Position numbers and translations under genes: made by a program. Shown one piece after another: positions 1 to 12,989 of a stretch of DNA of 64,000 nucleotides. Numbering within the stretch: position 1 is the first letter of the stretch; each line of letters starts with the position of its first letter. The stretch spans positions 98,084,001 through 98,148,000 of the forward strand of contig OZ024744.1 in assembly GCA_964016885.1 (NCBI GenBank), in the 5' to 3' direction. The DNA is from Eledone cirrhosa (lineage: Eukaryota). The notes under the pieces were generated by a model. That model worked only from the letters and a program-made list of their open reading frames with translations, was not told the DNA's origin and ran no database searches.

Positions 1-22
1 ATATATATATGTATGTAATGTA

Positions 23-74
<52 letters not shown>

Positions 75-237
75 ATGAAATGACAGGAGGCTGGATTTGT
101 GTAAATCCTTGAAAGTTTTATTATACTATGATCATTTCAATGACCGGGTTCCGTATGAATCCGGTGATATCATTATTATTGCATTACGATTGACCATACG
201 GAATAGACCAGCTCTATACAGTGGTGAACCTCAAACC

Positions 238-316
<79 letters not shown>

Positions 317-814
317 TCTTATTCGATATGTGTATTTCCACATTTTCCCGAATATTTTTTGCGGATATAGAGGTTATCTCCCTTGCTGAATTCCATGTGC
401 TTTTTTTCAATTCGGGTTATGCCTTTTTATTCGTTCGGACAAAAGCTCGTTGAGGAAATAAATTCCGGTCCGTTGCTTTCTAGAAGTCTTATATATTTTT
501 ATGTGGGCTGATAGAGGGCGGTTTAAGGATTTACAGAAGCCCAAGAAGCTTGATTTACCATCTTTCTAGCGGGTCCGGGTATGCTTTTTACATTCATTTG
601 ATTTATTGATTTATTGATATTTTATCTGAGTGTCCCGAATCTTCCAGATCGTAACTTTTCAGTCGTATGGTTGATTTTAGACATGTTCTATGTGTGTCGG
701 TATTTTAACGATAGTTATAGCTCTGATTTATCTGAATTATTGAGCCCTCTGCCGCTCATTTCGAATTTTGTTTATCGTGAACTCGTGCGCCGATTTTTCG
801 ATACTCGATTATTC

Positions 815-954
<140 letters not shown>

Positions 955-956
955 CT

Positions 957-1130
957 TCTACAGGACTAGAACTGTTTCATTCAGGAGAAATCATCAGGGG
1001 TTCCTGGTGATTTCTCCTGAATGAAACAGTTCTAGTCCTGTAGCAACCATCTATATTAAATAGTTATACTCTGCTTTGTATTGAGTACCTTACTTATTGT
1101 GGTTACCCCCGATTGAACCCGGGATAAACT

Positions 1131-1132
<2 letters not shown>
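957..1132. mobile_element. Fold-back element (palindrome 957-1043 plus tail) with a decayed hammerhead; probable Penelope-like pLTR relic
   Basis: Near-perfect inverted repeat; GGTTC CTGGTGA..GAAA CAG..CTG TA GCAACC; the same family occurs at 44330-44510; flanked by microsatellites. Confidence 0.6.
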
Positions 1133-1190
<58 letters not shown>

Positions 1191-1198
1191 TGTTAGTG

Positions 1199-1287
<89 letters not shown>
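1133..1287. repeat. (TG)n microsatellite
   Basis: Direct reading. Confidence 0.95.
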
Positions 1288-1288
<1 letters not shown>

Positions 1289-1354
1289 TGTTTAATTGTT
1301 TTTTTTTTCTGGTCCTTTCTCTTCTCACTCTTTATCTTTCTATTTGATATTTAA

Positions 1355-3350
1355 TAATAATGAAATTATTGTTTACAGTGCTCAGGTGCACTACAACTCA
1401 TCAAAGGTGCATGTATAGTACATAGAATAATTGTTTCTACTTTTGGCACAAGGCCAGCAATTATCCCAGTGTATTACTGGTACTTTATTTTATCGACCCC
1501 ATAAGGATGAAAGGCAAAGTTAACCTCGGTGGGATTTGAACTCAGAATGGCAAGGGCCGTAACTCTATGCTTGGCGTCCGACCCTCTGCCGATACTGCCA
1601 ATCCATGTCCAAATGTCAGGAAAGTGAACAGTGTACGAGTCATGATATACATGTGCGTATGGAGGGGGGACATCAGGTTAGCGAATCTCAGGAAACATGG
1701 AGGTTTTAAAGGATGCAGTGTCTCGGCAGCTAACAACTGATGCAGGTAGTTTGTTCCATGGGGGTTTTAAAGGATGCAGTGTCTCGACAGCTAACAACTG
1801 ATGCAAGTAGTTTGTTCCATGGAGGTTTTAAAGGATGCAGTGTCTCGACAGCTAACAACTGATGCAGATAGTTTGTTCCATGGAAGTTTTAAAGGATGCA
1901 GTGTCTCGGCAGCTAACAACTGATGCAGGTAGTTTGTTCCATGGGGGTTTTAAAGGATGCAGTGTCTCGGCAGCTAACAACTGATGCAGGTAGTTTGTTC
2001 CATGGGGGTTTTAAAGGATGCAGTGTCTCGACAGCTAACAACTGATGCAGGTAGTTTGTTCCATGGAGGTTTTAAAGGATGCACTGTCTTGACAGCTAAC
2101 AACTGATGCAGGTAGTTTGTTCCATGGAGGTTTTAAAAGACGCAGTGTCTCGACAGCTAACAACTGATGCAGGTAGTTTGTTCCATGGGGGTTTTAAAGG
2201 ATGCAGTGTCTCGGCAGCTAACAACTGATGCAGGTAGTTTGTTCCATGGGGGTTTTAAAGGATGCAGTGTCTCGAGAGCTAACAACTGATGCAGGCAGTT
2301 TGTTCCATGGAGGTTTTAAAGGATGCAGTGTCTCGACAGCTAACAACTGATGCAGGTAGTTTGCTCCATGGAGGTTTTAAAGGATGCAGTGTCTCGACAG
2401 CTAACAACTGATGCAGGTAGTTTGCTCCATGGAGGTTTTAAAGGATGCAGTGTCTCGACAGCTAACAACTGATGCAGGTAGTTTGCTCCATGGAGGTTTT
2501 AAAGGATGCAGTGTCTCGACAGCTAACAACTGATGCAGGTAGTTTGTTCCATGGAGGTTTTAAAGGATGCACTGTCTTGACAGCTAACAACTGATGCAGG
2601 TAGTTTGTTCCATGGAGGTTTTAAAAGATGCAGTGTCTCGACAGCTAACAACTGATGCAGGTAGTTTGTTCCATGGGAGTTTTAAAGGATGCAGTGTCTC
2701 GGCAGCTAACAACTGATGCAGGTAGTTTGTTCCATGGGGGTTTTAAAGGATGCAGTGTCTCGAGAGCTAACAACTGATGCAGGCAGTTTGTTCCATGGAG
2801 GTTTTAAAGGATGCAGTGTCTCGACAGCTAACAACTGATGCAGGTAGTTTGCTCCATGGAGGTTTTAAAGGATGCAGTGTCTCGACAGCTAACAACTGAT
2901 GCAGGTAGTTTGCTCCATGGAGGTTTTAAAGGATGCAGTGTCTCGACAGCTAACAACTGATGCAGGTAGTTTGCTCCATGGAGGTTTTAAAGGATGCAGT
3001 GTCTCGACAGCTAACAACTGATGCAGGTAGTTTGCTCCATGGAGGTTTTAAAGGATGCAGTGTCTCGACAGCTAACAACTGATGCAGGTAGTTTGTTCCA
3101 TGGAGGTTTTAAAGGATGCAGTGTCTCGACAGCTAACAACTGATGCAGGTAGTTTGTTCCATGGAGGTTTTAAAGGATGCAGTGTCTCGACAGCTAACAA
3201 CTGATGCAGGTAGTTTGTTCCATGGAGGTTTTAAAGGATGCAGTGTCTCGACAGCTAACAACTGATTTGCTCCATGCTTCAGCAACTCTGAGCGTGAACA
3301 AATGTTTCCGAAAGTCATCGGAGTTATGGTGTTTTCTGACTTTGTTGGCA
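1355..3350 (-). mobile_element. CR1-like LINE 3' fragment interrupted by a SINE and the satellite
   Basis: Homologous to 17580-17995 and 18756-19310. Confidence 0.75.
1696..3265. repeat. 61-bp tandem satellite, ~26 copies, derived from a CR1-like LINE 3' end
   Basis: Unit catggaggttttaaaggatgcagtgtctcgacagctaacaactgatgcaggtagtttgttc; the minus strand encodes WNKLPASVVSCRDTASFKTSM. Confidence 0.95.
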
Positions 3351-4504
3351 TTTCATCTTTTATTTCTCGTTCTATCTTCTAATGAAAGACTAGTATCCGA
3401 AACGTTAAGACTCTTTTCCTATTATTTCAAGCGTTAAACTAATATATTTCTCCATTGTATTGTGTTGTTTGTTTTGTTATTTTTGTTTACTTTTTAATTT
3501 ACAAAAAATAAAAACTGTTAAAAGGGAGATAAACTTGTAAGACCAGAGTAGTTGGTTACGTCCCTTCCCCAAAAAGGTCAGCATGGTATATAGGTAGTTT
3601 TGTTTCTTTAGTTTTTTGTTTGAATGTTAAGTCATGTACCTTAACTAGTGGAGTGAGGTGGGGGCTGTTGGGTGCAGGGATTATAAAATATATATGACAT
3701 ATATAAGTTATATGTGAAGGCGCGTGGTAAGAGCATTGAACTTGCAATCGGGAGGTTTTGAGTTCGATTCTCGAACCGGGTGATACGTTGTGCCCTTAAG
3801 CAAGACACTTTATTTCATGTTGCTCCAGTTTACTCAGACAACATTGTTGGCGTGGAGGGAGAGGAGACTGGTATCTATGCGCGATCACTGGTCTTCCATA
3901 AACAACCTTGCCCAGGCTTGCGCCTCGGAGAGAAACTTTCTAGATGCAAATCCCAAAGTCATTAGTGACCGGCGGCTGCCTTTACCACTGGTGTCAAGCT
4001 TTATTGCCCATTGTCATTCCCTTGGACATCATCAGTGGTGTGAGAGGGGAGACTGGAATGCAAGGTTGACTGCTAGTCTTCCATAAACAACCTTGACCAG
4101 ACTAGTGCCTCTGGGTGGGTGAGGGGACTTTCTAGGTGTAGGTCCCATGGTCATTTGTGACCTAAGGAAATCTTTACCTTTTTATATAAGTTATATATTT
4201 AATATATAATTGTTTCTACGTTAGGCACAAGGCTAGCAATTACCCAGTACATTACTGGTACTTTATTTTATCGACCCCGTAAGGATGAAAGGCAAAGTTA
4301 ACCTCGGCGGGATTTGAACTCAGATCATAAAGGGACGTAACTCTATGCTTCAAAGCATATTATATATAAAGCATATTATATATATTTAATATATAATGTT
4401 TCATATATAATGTTTCATATATTTAATCTATTGTCTAGGTGATGGGGTGCAGAATTAAAGCGTAGCTGTGTCTGCTTGGTGCTTCCAAAAATTTAATTTA
4501 ATTT

Positions 4505-4880
4505 AAAATCGAAAAGAATGGAGATTAAGGTATTGAAATAACTGTCCTGGCGCGACCGAGTGCGAAACGAGAAAATCCTGCGGAGACCGAGTCAATGACG
4601 CTGCAGAGGGTGGACACGGAATGAAGTTTGCCGCCTGGCTGGCCATATTCTGTGCCTGCCCAACGAACGACACTCGAAAATAGCGATGAACTGGACTCCA
4701 CCAGGCGGCAAACGGAGATGGGTTTGCCCCAGGGTCACCTGGTGACGAACGTTCCGAAAAGACCTGATGGCAGCCAACATCACTTGGCACGGACGTGAAA
4801 AGGTCGCCGTTGATCGTGACCATTGGTGACTATTTACTGCTTGATGAGCCGAACGGTGCGGAAGAATCTAAGACTAAGAA
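4505..4880 (+). mobile_element. Decayed RTE-clade LINE C-terminal fragment
   Basis: Frameshifted WRDRVRNEKIL..AGHIL..KIAMNWTPPGGKRR..DRDHW motifs. Confidence 0.65.
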
Positions 4881-5748
4881 GGGCGGGGGGTGATGTGGAC
4901 CCACATAAAGATTTTTTTTTTTAAATTTGTCGATCGACTTTCGTCAAATCGGACCGAGGGAGCAATGTTTCCGTTGGTCTTTCCAATTCTAATACTATCT
5001 ATCGGTCGCAACTCCAGGTAGAACGACCAACGTGAAATAAAGTGTCTTGCTCAAGGACATAACGCATCGCCCGGTCCAGGAATCGAACTCACAACCTCAC
5101 GATTGGGAATCCAATTCTCTAACCAATCAGCCACACGCCTTCACATAATAATTATGTGAACTATGTTTAACTATTTTAAATAATCAATTATTTAAAATAG
5201 ATTTACTGTCAGCGTTATAGCAGGAGGGGGGGGGGGGGCAGAGTGTTTGAGAGTTGGGGGAGCTACTAAAAAGTTAATCAAATATTTAACTTAGGGTAAA
5301 GTTTGTTGGTTGGGCTATTGGGATGGGAAGGTGAATATAGGACTTACTTAAATCACCTTCTTCGCCAGTTAGACCTTAGGTAAAATATATATATTCGAAT
5401 ATGTGTTTGAAATACCAGAGTATATTAAACATTTAAACATTAACCGAATTAGCACTCAATACTGGTGTGTTATGTCGAAGTTTCAGTTTAATCGCTTCAT
5501 TATCACTATATATTATCAGGATGGTAGATTCTCTGTATCGGTAGAGGGTCGGACGCCAAGCTTTGCAGCATAGAGTTACGGCCTTTTATGATCTGAGTTC
5601 AAATCCCGCCGAGGTTAACTTTGCCTTTCATTCTTACGGAGTCGATAAAATAAAGTATTAGTCGATTTAATCGACTTTCCCTTCCCCCAAAATTGCTGGC
5701 CTTGTGCCTGTATCAGAAACCATTATCACCATATATGGTCAATGTATA

Positions 5749-8700
5749 GAAAGACACCCACACTGATTTCAGTGGGAAGTAAGTTCTTTTCTTCAGTTTC
5801 TTCCTTTTTTTTTTTTTTTTCGTGAGCTATCAATTAAACTTACCTCCTAATATGGACTTCTTTCCCCGGGAAAGGAAGAGTTCTCGGACTTTTCACACAC
5901 AGCCACAGTGAGTTTACTTTACCATTTCATTTTCCCTTGTTTTGGGGTGTGTGTTTTTGCCCGTATGTTACCAACTGATCTTATCTCCGAACATGCTGCA
6001 AAGGAACTTTTTTCCGGAAAAGGGAGGGGAAAAGGGGAGCTGGAACCTGCTACTATTCAGGACTTTTCTTTACCCATAACTCTTACTCTAACCCTAAACC
6101 TGACCCAAACCCAAGCCACACACTAACCCTAACCCTGACCCAAACCCCAGCCATAAGCCTAACCCTAACCCTGACCCAAACCCCAGCCATAATCCTAACC
6201 CTAACCCTGACCCAAACCCCAGCCATAATCCTAACCCTAACCCTGACCCAAACCCCAGCCATAAGCCTAACCCTAATCCTGACCCAAACCCCAGCCATAA
6301 TCCTAAGCCTAACCCTGACCCAAACCCCAGCCATAATCCTAATCCTAACCCTGACCCAAACCCCAACCATAATCCTAACCCTAACCCTGACCCAAACCCC
6401 AGCCATAATCCTAACCCTAACCCTGACCCAAACCCCAGCCATAAGCCTAACCCTAATCCTGACCCAAACCCCAGCCATAATCCTAACCCTAACCCTGACC
6501 CAAACCCCAGCCATAAGCCTAACCCTAATCCTGACCCAAACCCCAGCCATAATCCTAACCCTAACCCTGACCCAAACCCCAGCCATAATCCTAACCCTAA
6601 CCCTGACCCAAACCCCAGCCATAATCCTAACCCTAACCCTGACCCAAACCCCAGCCATAAGCCTAACCCTAATCCTGACCCAAACCCCAGCCATAATCCT
6701 AAGCCTAACCCTGACCCAAACCCCAGCCATAATCCTAATCCTAACCCTGACCCAAACCCCAGCCATAATCCTAACCCTAACCCTGACCCAAACCCCAGCC
6801 ATAATCCTAACCCTAACCCTGACCCAAACCCCAGCCATAAGCCTAACCCTAATCCTGACCCAAACCCCAGCCATAATCCTAACCCTAACCCTGACCCAAA
6901 CCCCAGCCATAAGCCTAACCCTAATCCTGACCCAAACCCCAGCCATAATCCTAACCCTAACCCTGACCCAAACCCCAGCCATAAGCCTAACCCTAATCCT
7001 GACCCAAACCCCAGCCATAATCCTAACCCTAACCCTGACCCAAACCCCAGCCATAATCCTAATCCTAACCCTGACCCAAACCCCAGCCATAATCCTAACC
7101 CTAACACTGACCCAAACACCAGGCATAATCCTAACCCTAACCCTGACCCAAACCCCAGCCATAATCCTAACCCTAACACTGACCCAAACCCCAGCCATAA
7201 TCCTAATCCTAACCCTGACCCAAACCCCAGCCATAATCCTAATCCTAACACTGACCCAAACACCAGGCATAATCCTAACCCTAACCCTGACCCAAACCCC
7301 AGCCATAATCCTAACCCTAACACTGACCCAAACCCCAGCCCTAATCCTAACCCTAACACTGACCCAAACCCCAGCCCTAATGCTAATCCTAACACTGACC
7401 CAAACCCCAGGCATAATCCTAACCCTAACCCTGACCCAAACCCCAGCCATAATCCTAACCCTAACACTGACCCAAACCCCAGCCCTAATGCTAATCCTAA
7501 CACTGACCCAAACCCCAGGCATAATCCTAACCCTAACCCTGACCCAAACCCCAGCCATAATCCTAACCCTAACACTGACCCAAACCCCAGCCCTAATGCT
7601 AATCCTAACACTGATCCAAACCCCAGGCATAATCCTAACCCTAACACTGACCCAAACCCTGGCCATAATCCTAACCCTAACACTGACCCAAACACCAGGC
7701 ATAATCCTAACCCTAACCCTGACCCAAACCCCAGCCATAATCCTAACCCTAACACTGACCCAAACCCCAGCCCTAATGCTAATCCTAACACTGACCCAAA
7801 CCCCAGCCCTAATGCTAATCCTAACACTGACCCAAACCCCAGGCATAATCCTAACCCTAACACTGACCCAAACCCTGGCCATAATCCTAACCCTAACACT
7901 GACCCAAACACCAGGCATAATCCTAACCCTAACACTGACCCAAACCCCAGCCATAATCCTAATCCTAACACTGACCCAAGCCCCAGCCATAATCCTAATC
8001 CTAACCCTGACCCAAACCCCAGCCATAATCCTAGCCCTAACCCTGACCCAAACCCCAGGCATAATCCTAACCCTAACCCTGACCCAAACCCCAGCCATAA
8101 TCCTAGCCCTAACCCTGACCCAAACCCCAGCCATAATCCTAACCCTAACCCTGACCCAAACCCCAGCCATAATCCTAACCCTAACCCTGACCCAAACCCC
8201 AGCCATAATCCTAACCCTAACCCTGACCCAAACCCCAGCCATAATCCTAACCCTAACCCTGACCCAAACCCCAGCCATAATCCTAACCCTAACCCTGACC
8301 CAAACCCCAGCCATAATCCTAACCCTAACCCTGACCCAAACCCCAGCCATAATCCTAACCCTAACCCTGACCCAAACCCCAGCCATAATCCTAACCCTAA
8401 CCCTGACCCAAACCCCAGCCATAATCCTAACCCTAACCCTGACCCAAACCCCAGCCATAATCCTAACCCTAACCCTGACCCAAACCCCAGCCATAATCCT
8501 AACCCTAACCCTGACCCAAACCCCAGCCATAATCCTAACCCTAACCCTGACCCAAACCCCAGCCATAATCCTAACCCTAACCCTGACCCAAACCCCAGCC
8601 ATAATCCTAATCCTAACCCTGACCCAAACCCCAGCCATAATCCTAACCCTAACCCTGACCCAAACCCCAGCCATAATCCTAACCCTAACCCTGACCCAAA

Positions 8701-9550
8701 CCCCAGCCATAATCCTAACCCTAACCCTGACCCAAACCCCAGCCATACTCCTAACCCTAACCCTGACCCAAACCCCAGCCATAATCCTAACCCTAACCCT
8801 GACCCAAACCCCAGCCATAATCCTAACCCTAACCCTGACCCAAACCCCAGCCATAATCCTAACCCTAACCCTGACCCAAACCCCAGCCATAATCCTAACC
8901 CTAACCCTGACCCAAACCCCAGCCATAATCCTAATCCTAACCCTGACCCAAACCCCAGCCATAATCCTAACCCTAACCCTGACCCAAACCCCAGCCATAA
9001 TCCTAACCCTAACCCTGACCCAAACCCCAGCCATAATCCTAATCCTAACCCTGACCCAAACCCCAGCCATAATCCTAACCCTAACCCTGACCCAAACCCC
9101 AGCCATAATCCTAATCCTAACCCTGACCCAAACCCCAGCCATAATCCTAACCCTAACCCTGACCCAAACCCCAGCCATAATCCTAACCCTAACCCTGACC
9201 CAAACCCCAGCCATACTCCTAATCCTAACCCTGACCCAAACCCCAGCCACAACCTAACCCCCAGGAAGTGAGTGAAAAGTCCGGTGGTCTGCCTTCTTGT
9301 CCCCAACATTTTACGGGGGAAAAGTCCTTTGCAGATGTTTCAAGAGCACCCGAAAAAAGGCAAAAAACAAACGAGGGAAAATGATATGGGAAAAACACGG
9401 GCGGGGGAGAAAAGTCCGAAGGTCCTTCCTCACGCCTCTCCTTTTCCATGGGTAAAAAAGTCCTTAGGACCCTTTTAGGAGGTATGTTTAATTGATAGCA
9501 CAATAAAAATATATATATATTTCCCACTGAAATCCCTGGAGGTGTCTTTC
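5749..9550. mobile_element. Non-autonomous element with ~300-bp imperfect TIRs enclosing the telomere-like array
   Basis: TATA-GAAAGACACC...GGTGTCTTTC-TATA; mirrored blocks GATTTCAGTGGGAA, GCTATCAATTAAAC.TACCTCCTAA and GGACTTTT. Confidence 0.7.
6086..9261. repeat. 36-bp telomere-like satellite, ~88 copies
   Basis: Unit CCTAAC CCTAAC CCTGAC CCAAAC CCCAGC CATAAT, equivalent to six degenerate TTAGGG hexamers. Confidence 0.97.
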
Positions 9551-10244
9551 TATAAAAGTTTATGATTTAGGCACAAGGTCAACAATTGTGGGCGAAAGGA
9601 AAGTCGATTAAATTTACCCTCAGTGCGTTACTGGTACTTCATTTTATCACCCCTGAATGAATGAAAGTCAAAGCTAACTTCGGCGGGATTTAAATTCAGA
9701 ATGTAAGAATGTAAAAGACGATAACTCTATGCCGCAAAGCATGCTGTCTGACGCTCTACCGATTCTGCTAACCACCGCCTTTAGTTTCTTTCTATAATAA
9801 CCTTATGATTCCTGAACCAATCACACCCCCCCCCCCCCCCTGTCTCTATTATATGAGGTATATAAGTTAACTTGCCATAAAAACCTCTGATTCTATCATG
9901 CAGACCTTTGGGGGATAAGGGAGGTAACCAACCCCTGTGGTCACAGAAACTTATCTCCCTTATAAGTAATTTTTATTTTTGTAAATATCCAGACTAAAAA
10001 AACAGTTAGTCTGTTTCGAGCCCGAGGGCTCGTCAGGCTGATATTTATACCGGTTTCTGTCGCGGGGAGACACTAGGAGTACAAGACTTCCCCCTTACAT
10101 ATACACATACTCTTTTACCAGTTCCAGCCATCCGGCTGAGGCCATGCTGGGGCACCGCTCATATATTCTAAGTTATTCAGTATGGGTTACTGGAGGTAGC
10201 ACCAGCATGGCCACTCTTTGTTAAAGTAGAGCGGATATATTAAG

Positions 10245-10570
10245 TTTGGCTGCTGTTAGGGCGAGAGCCACAGCTTCTGCGGCCGAGCGGAGCAAGACCC
10301 TCAAATACTCTGATCTGTCGGCCAGCTACATTTTCCAGCCTGTGGCTTTCCAGACGTTTGGGGGAATCGGGCTGCTGACTGCGAGGTTCCTTTCCTCACT
10401 GGCGGCTCGCCTAATAGAGGTGACTGGCGAATCTCGCGAGGGTGCTTGGTTGTTTCAGCGCATCAGCCTCGCCATCACCCGAGGCAACGCTGCGAGTGCT
10501 GACTCAAAAATCATTAGAGAGGTTGCCCAGTACTCGCGACATTGCTGTCTTTTGCTCTGGTGTTGGCTCC
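10245..10570 (+). mobile_element. CRE-like retrotransposon 3' fragment
   Basis: AERSKTLKY..FQPVAFQTFGGIG..LFQRISLAITRGNA. Confidence 0.7.
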
Positions 10571-11619
10571 GTTGTTCACCCCTTCTTTTACATTTTCTCA
10601 TATTGAAGGAATATATCTTTCATTGTATCATCCTTTGTAGTGTTACCGAGGCATTTGTAATGTTCTTTATGTATATATTTAAAACATATTTGTTATGTTA
10701 TTCTACTGTAAATTTATTTATATGCTCTGTTTATATTTTCATTCTGAAGGAACTTATCCACCTGTGTTGATATAAGTGATTTTATGACTTTCCTGTAAGC
10801 ATTGTGTCATTATATATGTTATTATTTATCATTTATCTTGAATAATATACTACACAAGGATGTTTCAGATAAATGTTTTTATTGATTATCAAACAGTTAC
10901 GCACATTTCACAGATGATTGGAGTGTATGTGTGTGTGCGTGTGTATGCGTGCGTGCGTGTGTATGCGTGCGTGCGTGCGGGGGGGGGGGACTACGTGTGT
11001 GTGTATGTGTCGTTGCATGAGTGCATGCGTGTGGGGGGGGGCTACGTGCGTGTGTGTGTGGTTGCATGAGTGTGGGGGTGCGTGTGTGTGGGGGTGCGTG
11101 TATGTATGTGTGGTTGCGTGAGTGCATGTGCGGTGGGGGGGGGGGGGGGGGGGTGCAAGTGTGTGTAGAGATTTCAAGAGCTTGATTGAGGAGATGGGAC
11201 TGTCCGTTTTTCTGTTGTTTTTTCCGTTGTCTTCATATTCAACAGGTCTTGGGGGGGGGGGGGGGGACTATCATATAATAGACATCACAGCGCAGGGTCT
11301 GTTTTCCTCTATTTTCCCTTCTTACCTTTTCTACGCCTCGGTGACCTTTCTTCTTTGTCTGCACATTAGACTTCAGTTCATTTTATTATCTTGTTTTACT
11401 ATTGCTCTCTTTCTGTTTTTTGTTTTGTTTTGTTTTTTGTTATTTTTTGTTTTGTTATTTTTGTTTTCTTATTTTTTGTTTTGTTTTTTTTTTCTCTTTG
11501 GCTAAGCCCTCGCGCACAGTTCTCTTCCTTTTTTTTGCTAGTTGACATACTAGGTAAGTTTATCTCTAGTTTGTATGAGATGAAAGAATGGTATTCAACT
11601 AATGTAATGGTACGCGATG

Positions 11620-12655
11620 GGGCCCACCCACAGCCCCAGCGGACAGAATGGAGAAGGCGTTTCCCCGGAGGACGACAAGGGAGACGCGCTGGAAAAGCCA
11701 CTCCAACTCGCGGGGCTCACACCTGCGGCTGGCCAGCTCAGCGCCTATGGTGGTGAGTAAGGAGGTAGCTCTGGGGCCGAGGACAGCAGAAGTTTCCACT
11801 GCCAGGGGGACGACCGCAAACCTGTCGGAGAGTGACCAGTATTTGAGGAGTTTGGCCCCCTCAGCCCGACGTGCAGCAGAACCTGGCATCCCAAGTGCAT
11901 TGGGGGAACTTGACATCAACAGGGGGAGAAGGAGGAGGGACGTCTACTGGGCTAAGTCCCAGCCGGTGCCACGTCTCACAGGCGACCTCACGTTCTCTGA
12001 ACACAGAGGGTTCTGTTGTGTTTTTAAGAACCCTGCTGACGAGGTTACCGACGAAAGATACGCCGGCAAAGCTGGTAAGATCGGGGACCGGAGGCCAAGG
12101 CCGCCATACCTGTCAGGTAAAGTGGCCTGTTGCCACCCTATGTCGTCAAACTTGACGTTGCATATCCCCTTGGCTGCTGCTCGGATACAAGTATCGAGGT
12201 CAGCGAGGAGAGATGTCTGGGTGTAGCATGGAGCGCTGCACAGTGTATAGAGGAGCTTCGGCATGGCGAAGCAGTTCCTCAGCAGAAAGGGAGCTGGGTG
12301 GCCGTCAATCAAGCCCAGTCGGCTCGTGAGAGTCTGGAGCTGTTGAAGCCTGGACCTGATGGTGGAGCGGATGGCCAGCAGGTGGATCGGTGACCCGAGG
12401 ATGAGAACATCCTCTTTGGAGGTCACCTGAACCTGGCAGAGAATGGACCGCATGTCCAAGACGGAGACTGCAAAGCTCGCAGCATCGAGGCTGACGTTCA
12501 CCACCTCCGACTTGGCCGAGTTGACCTGGAGGCCGATTCCCGCCAGAGCAAGAATCACCGATTGAAGGTCATGGCAGACCGTCTGTACGGGCCCACCCAA
12601 CATAGCATCATCCAGATACCAAACGTTGAGAGAGGCCGTGATACACTTGGGATGC
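11620..12655 (-). mobile_element. CRE-clade-like non-LTR retrotransposon fragment (RT YLDD plus restriction-like endonuclease C-terminus), internally deleted
   Basis: WYLDDAMLGG, GLQVNSAKSE, GGLGLRS..LPAYLSS, then AE.AK..KY..VPLAVETS.VLGP..FQRVSLVVLRGNA. Confidence 0.75.
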
Positions 12656-12665
12656 TTTTTCTTCT

Positions 12666-12697
<32 letters not shown>

Positions 12698-12958
12698 TAT
12701 TTTACGTCCGTTTTTCCCTGCTTGCGTAATTTGCCGAAAGACATAAATTGTCTTGTCTTTCTCTCTACTTGTTTTGTTACGTCCCAATGAGCATTAGAAT
12801 TAACATTATCAACCTTAATGAACCGAAACTGCAAGGATTTCCAGAGGTTAACTGAGGAGGTGGGACTCTATGTATGCATGAATGTATGTATACACACACA
12901 CACACACACGTGTGTGTGTTTCTTTTTTTAATTTGTTTTGCAAGATTTCTAATCTGTA

Positions 12959-12989
<31 letters not shown>

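Noticed and set aside
6086-9261. True telomere or chromosome-fusion relic
   Set aside because: The unit is a degenerate 36-mer in a single orientation and is enclosed by TIRs.
6083-9309. ORFs of 1055, 1071 and 625 aa
   Set aside because: They are 12-aa periodic translations of a stop-free 36-bp satellite in several frames on both strands, not genes.
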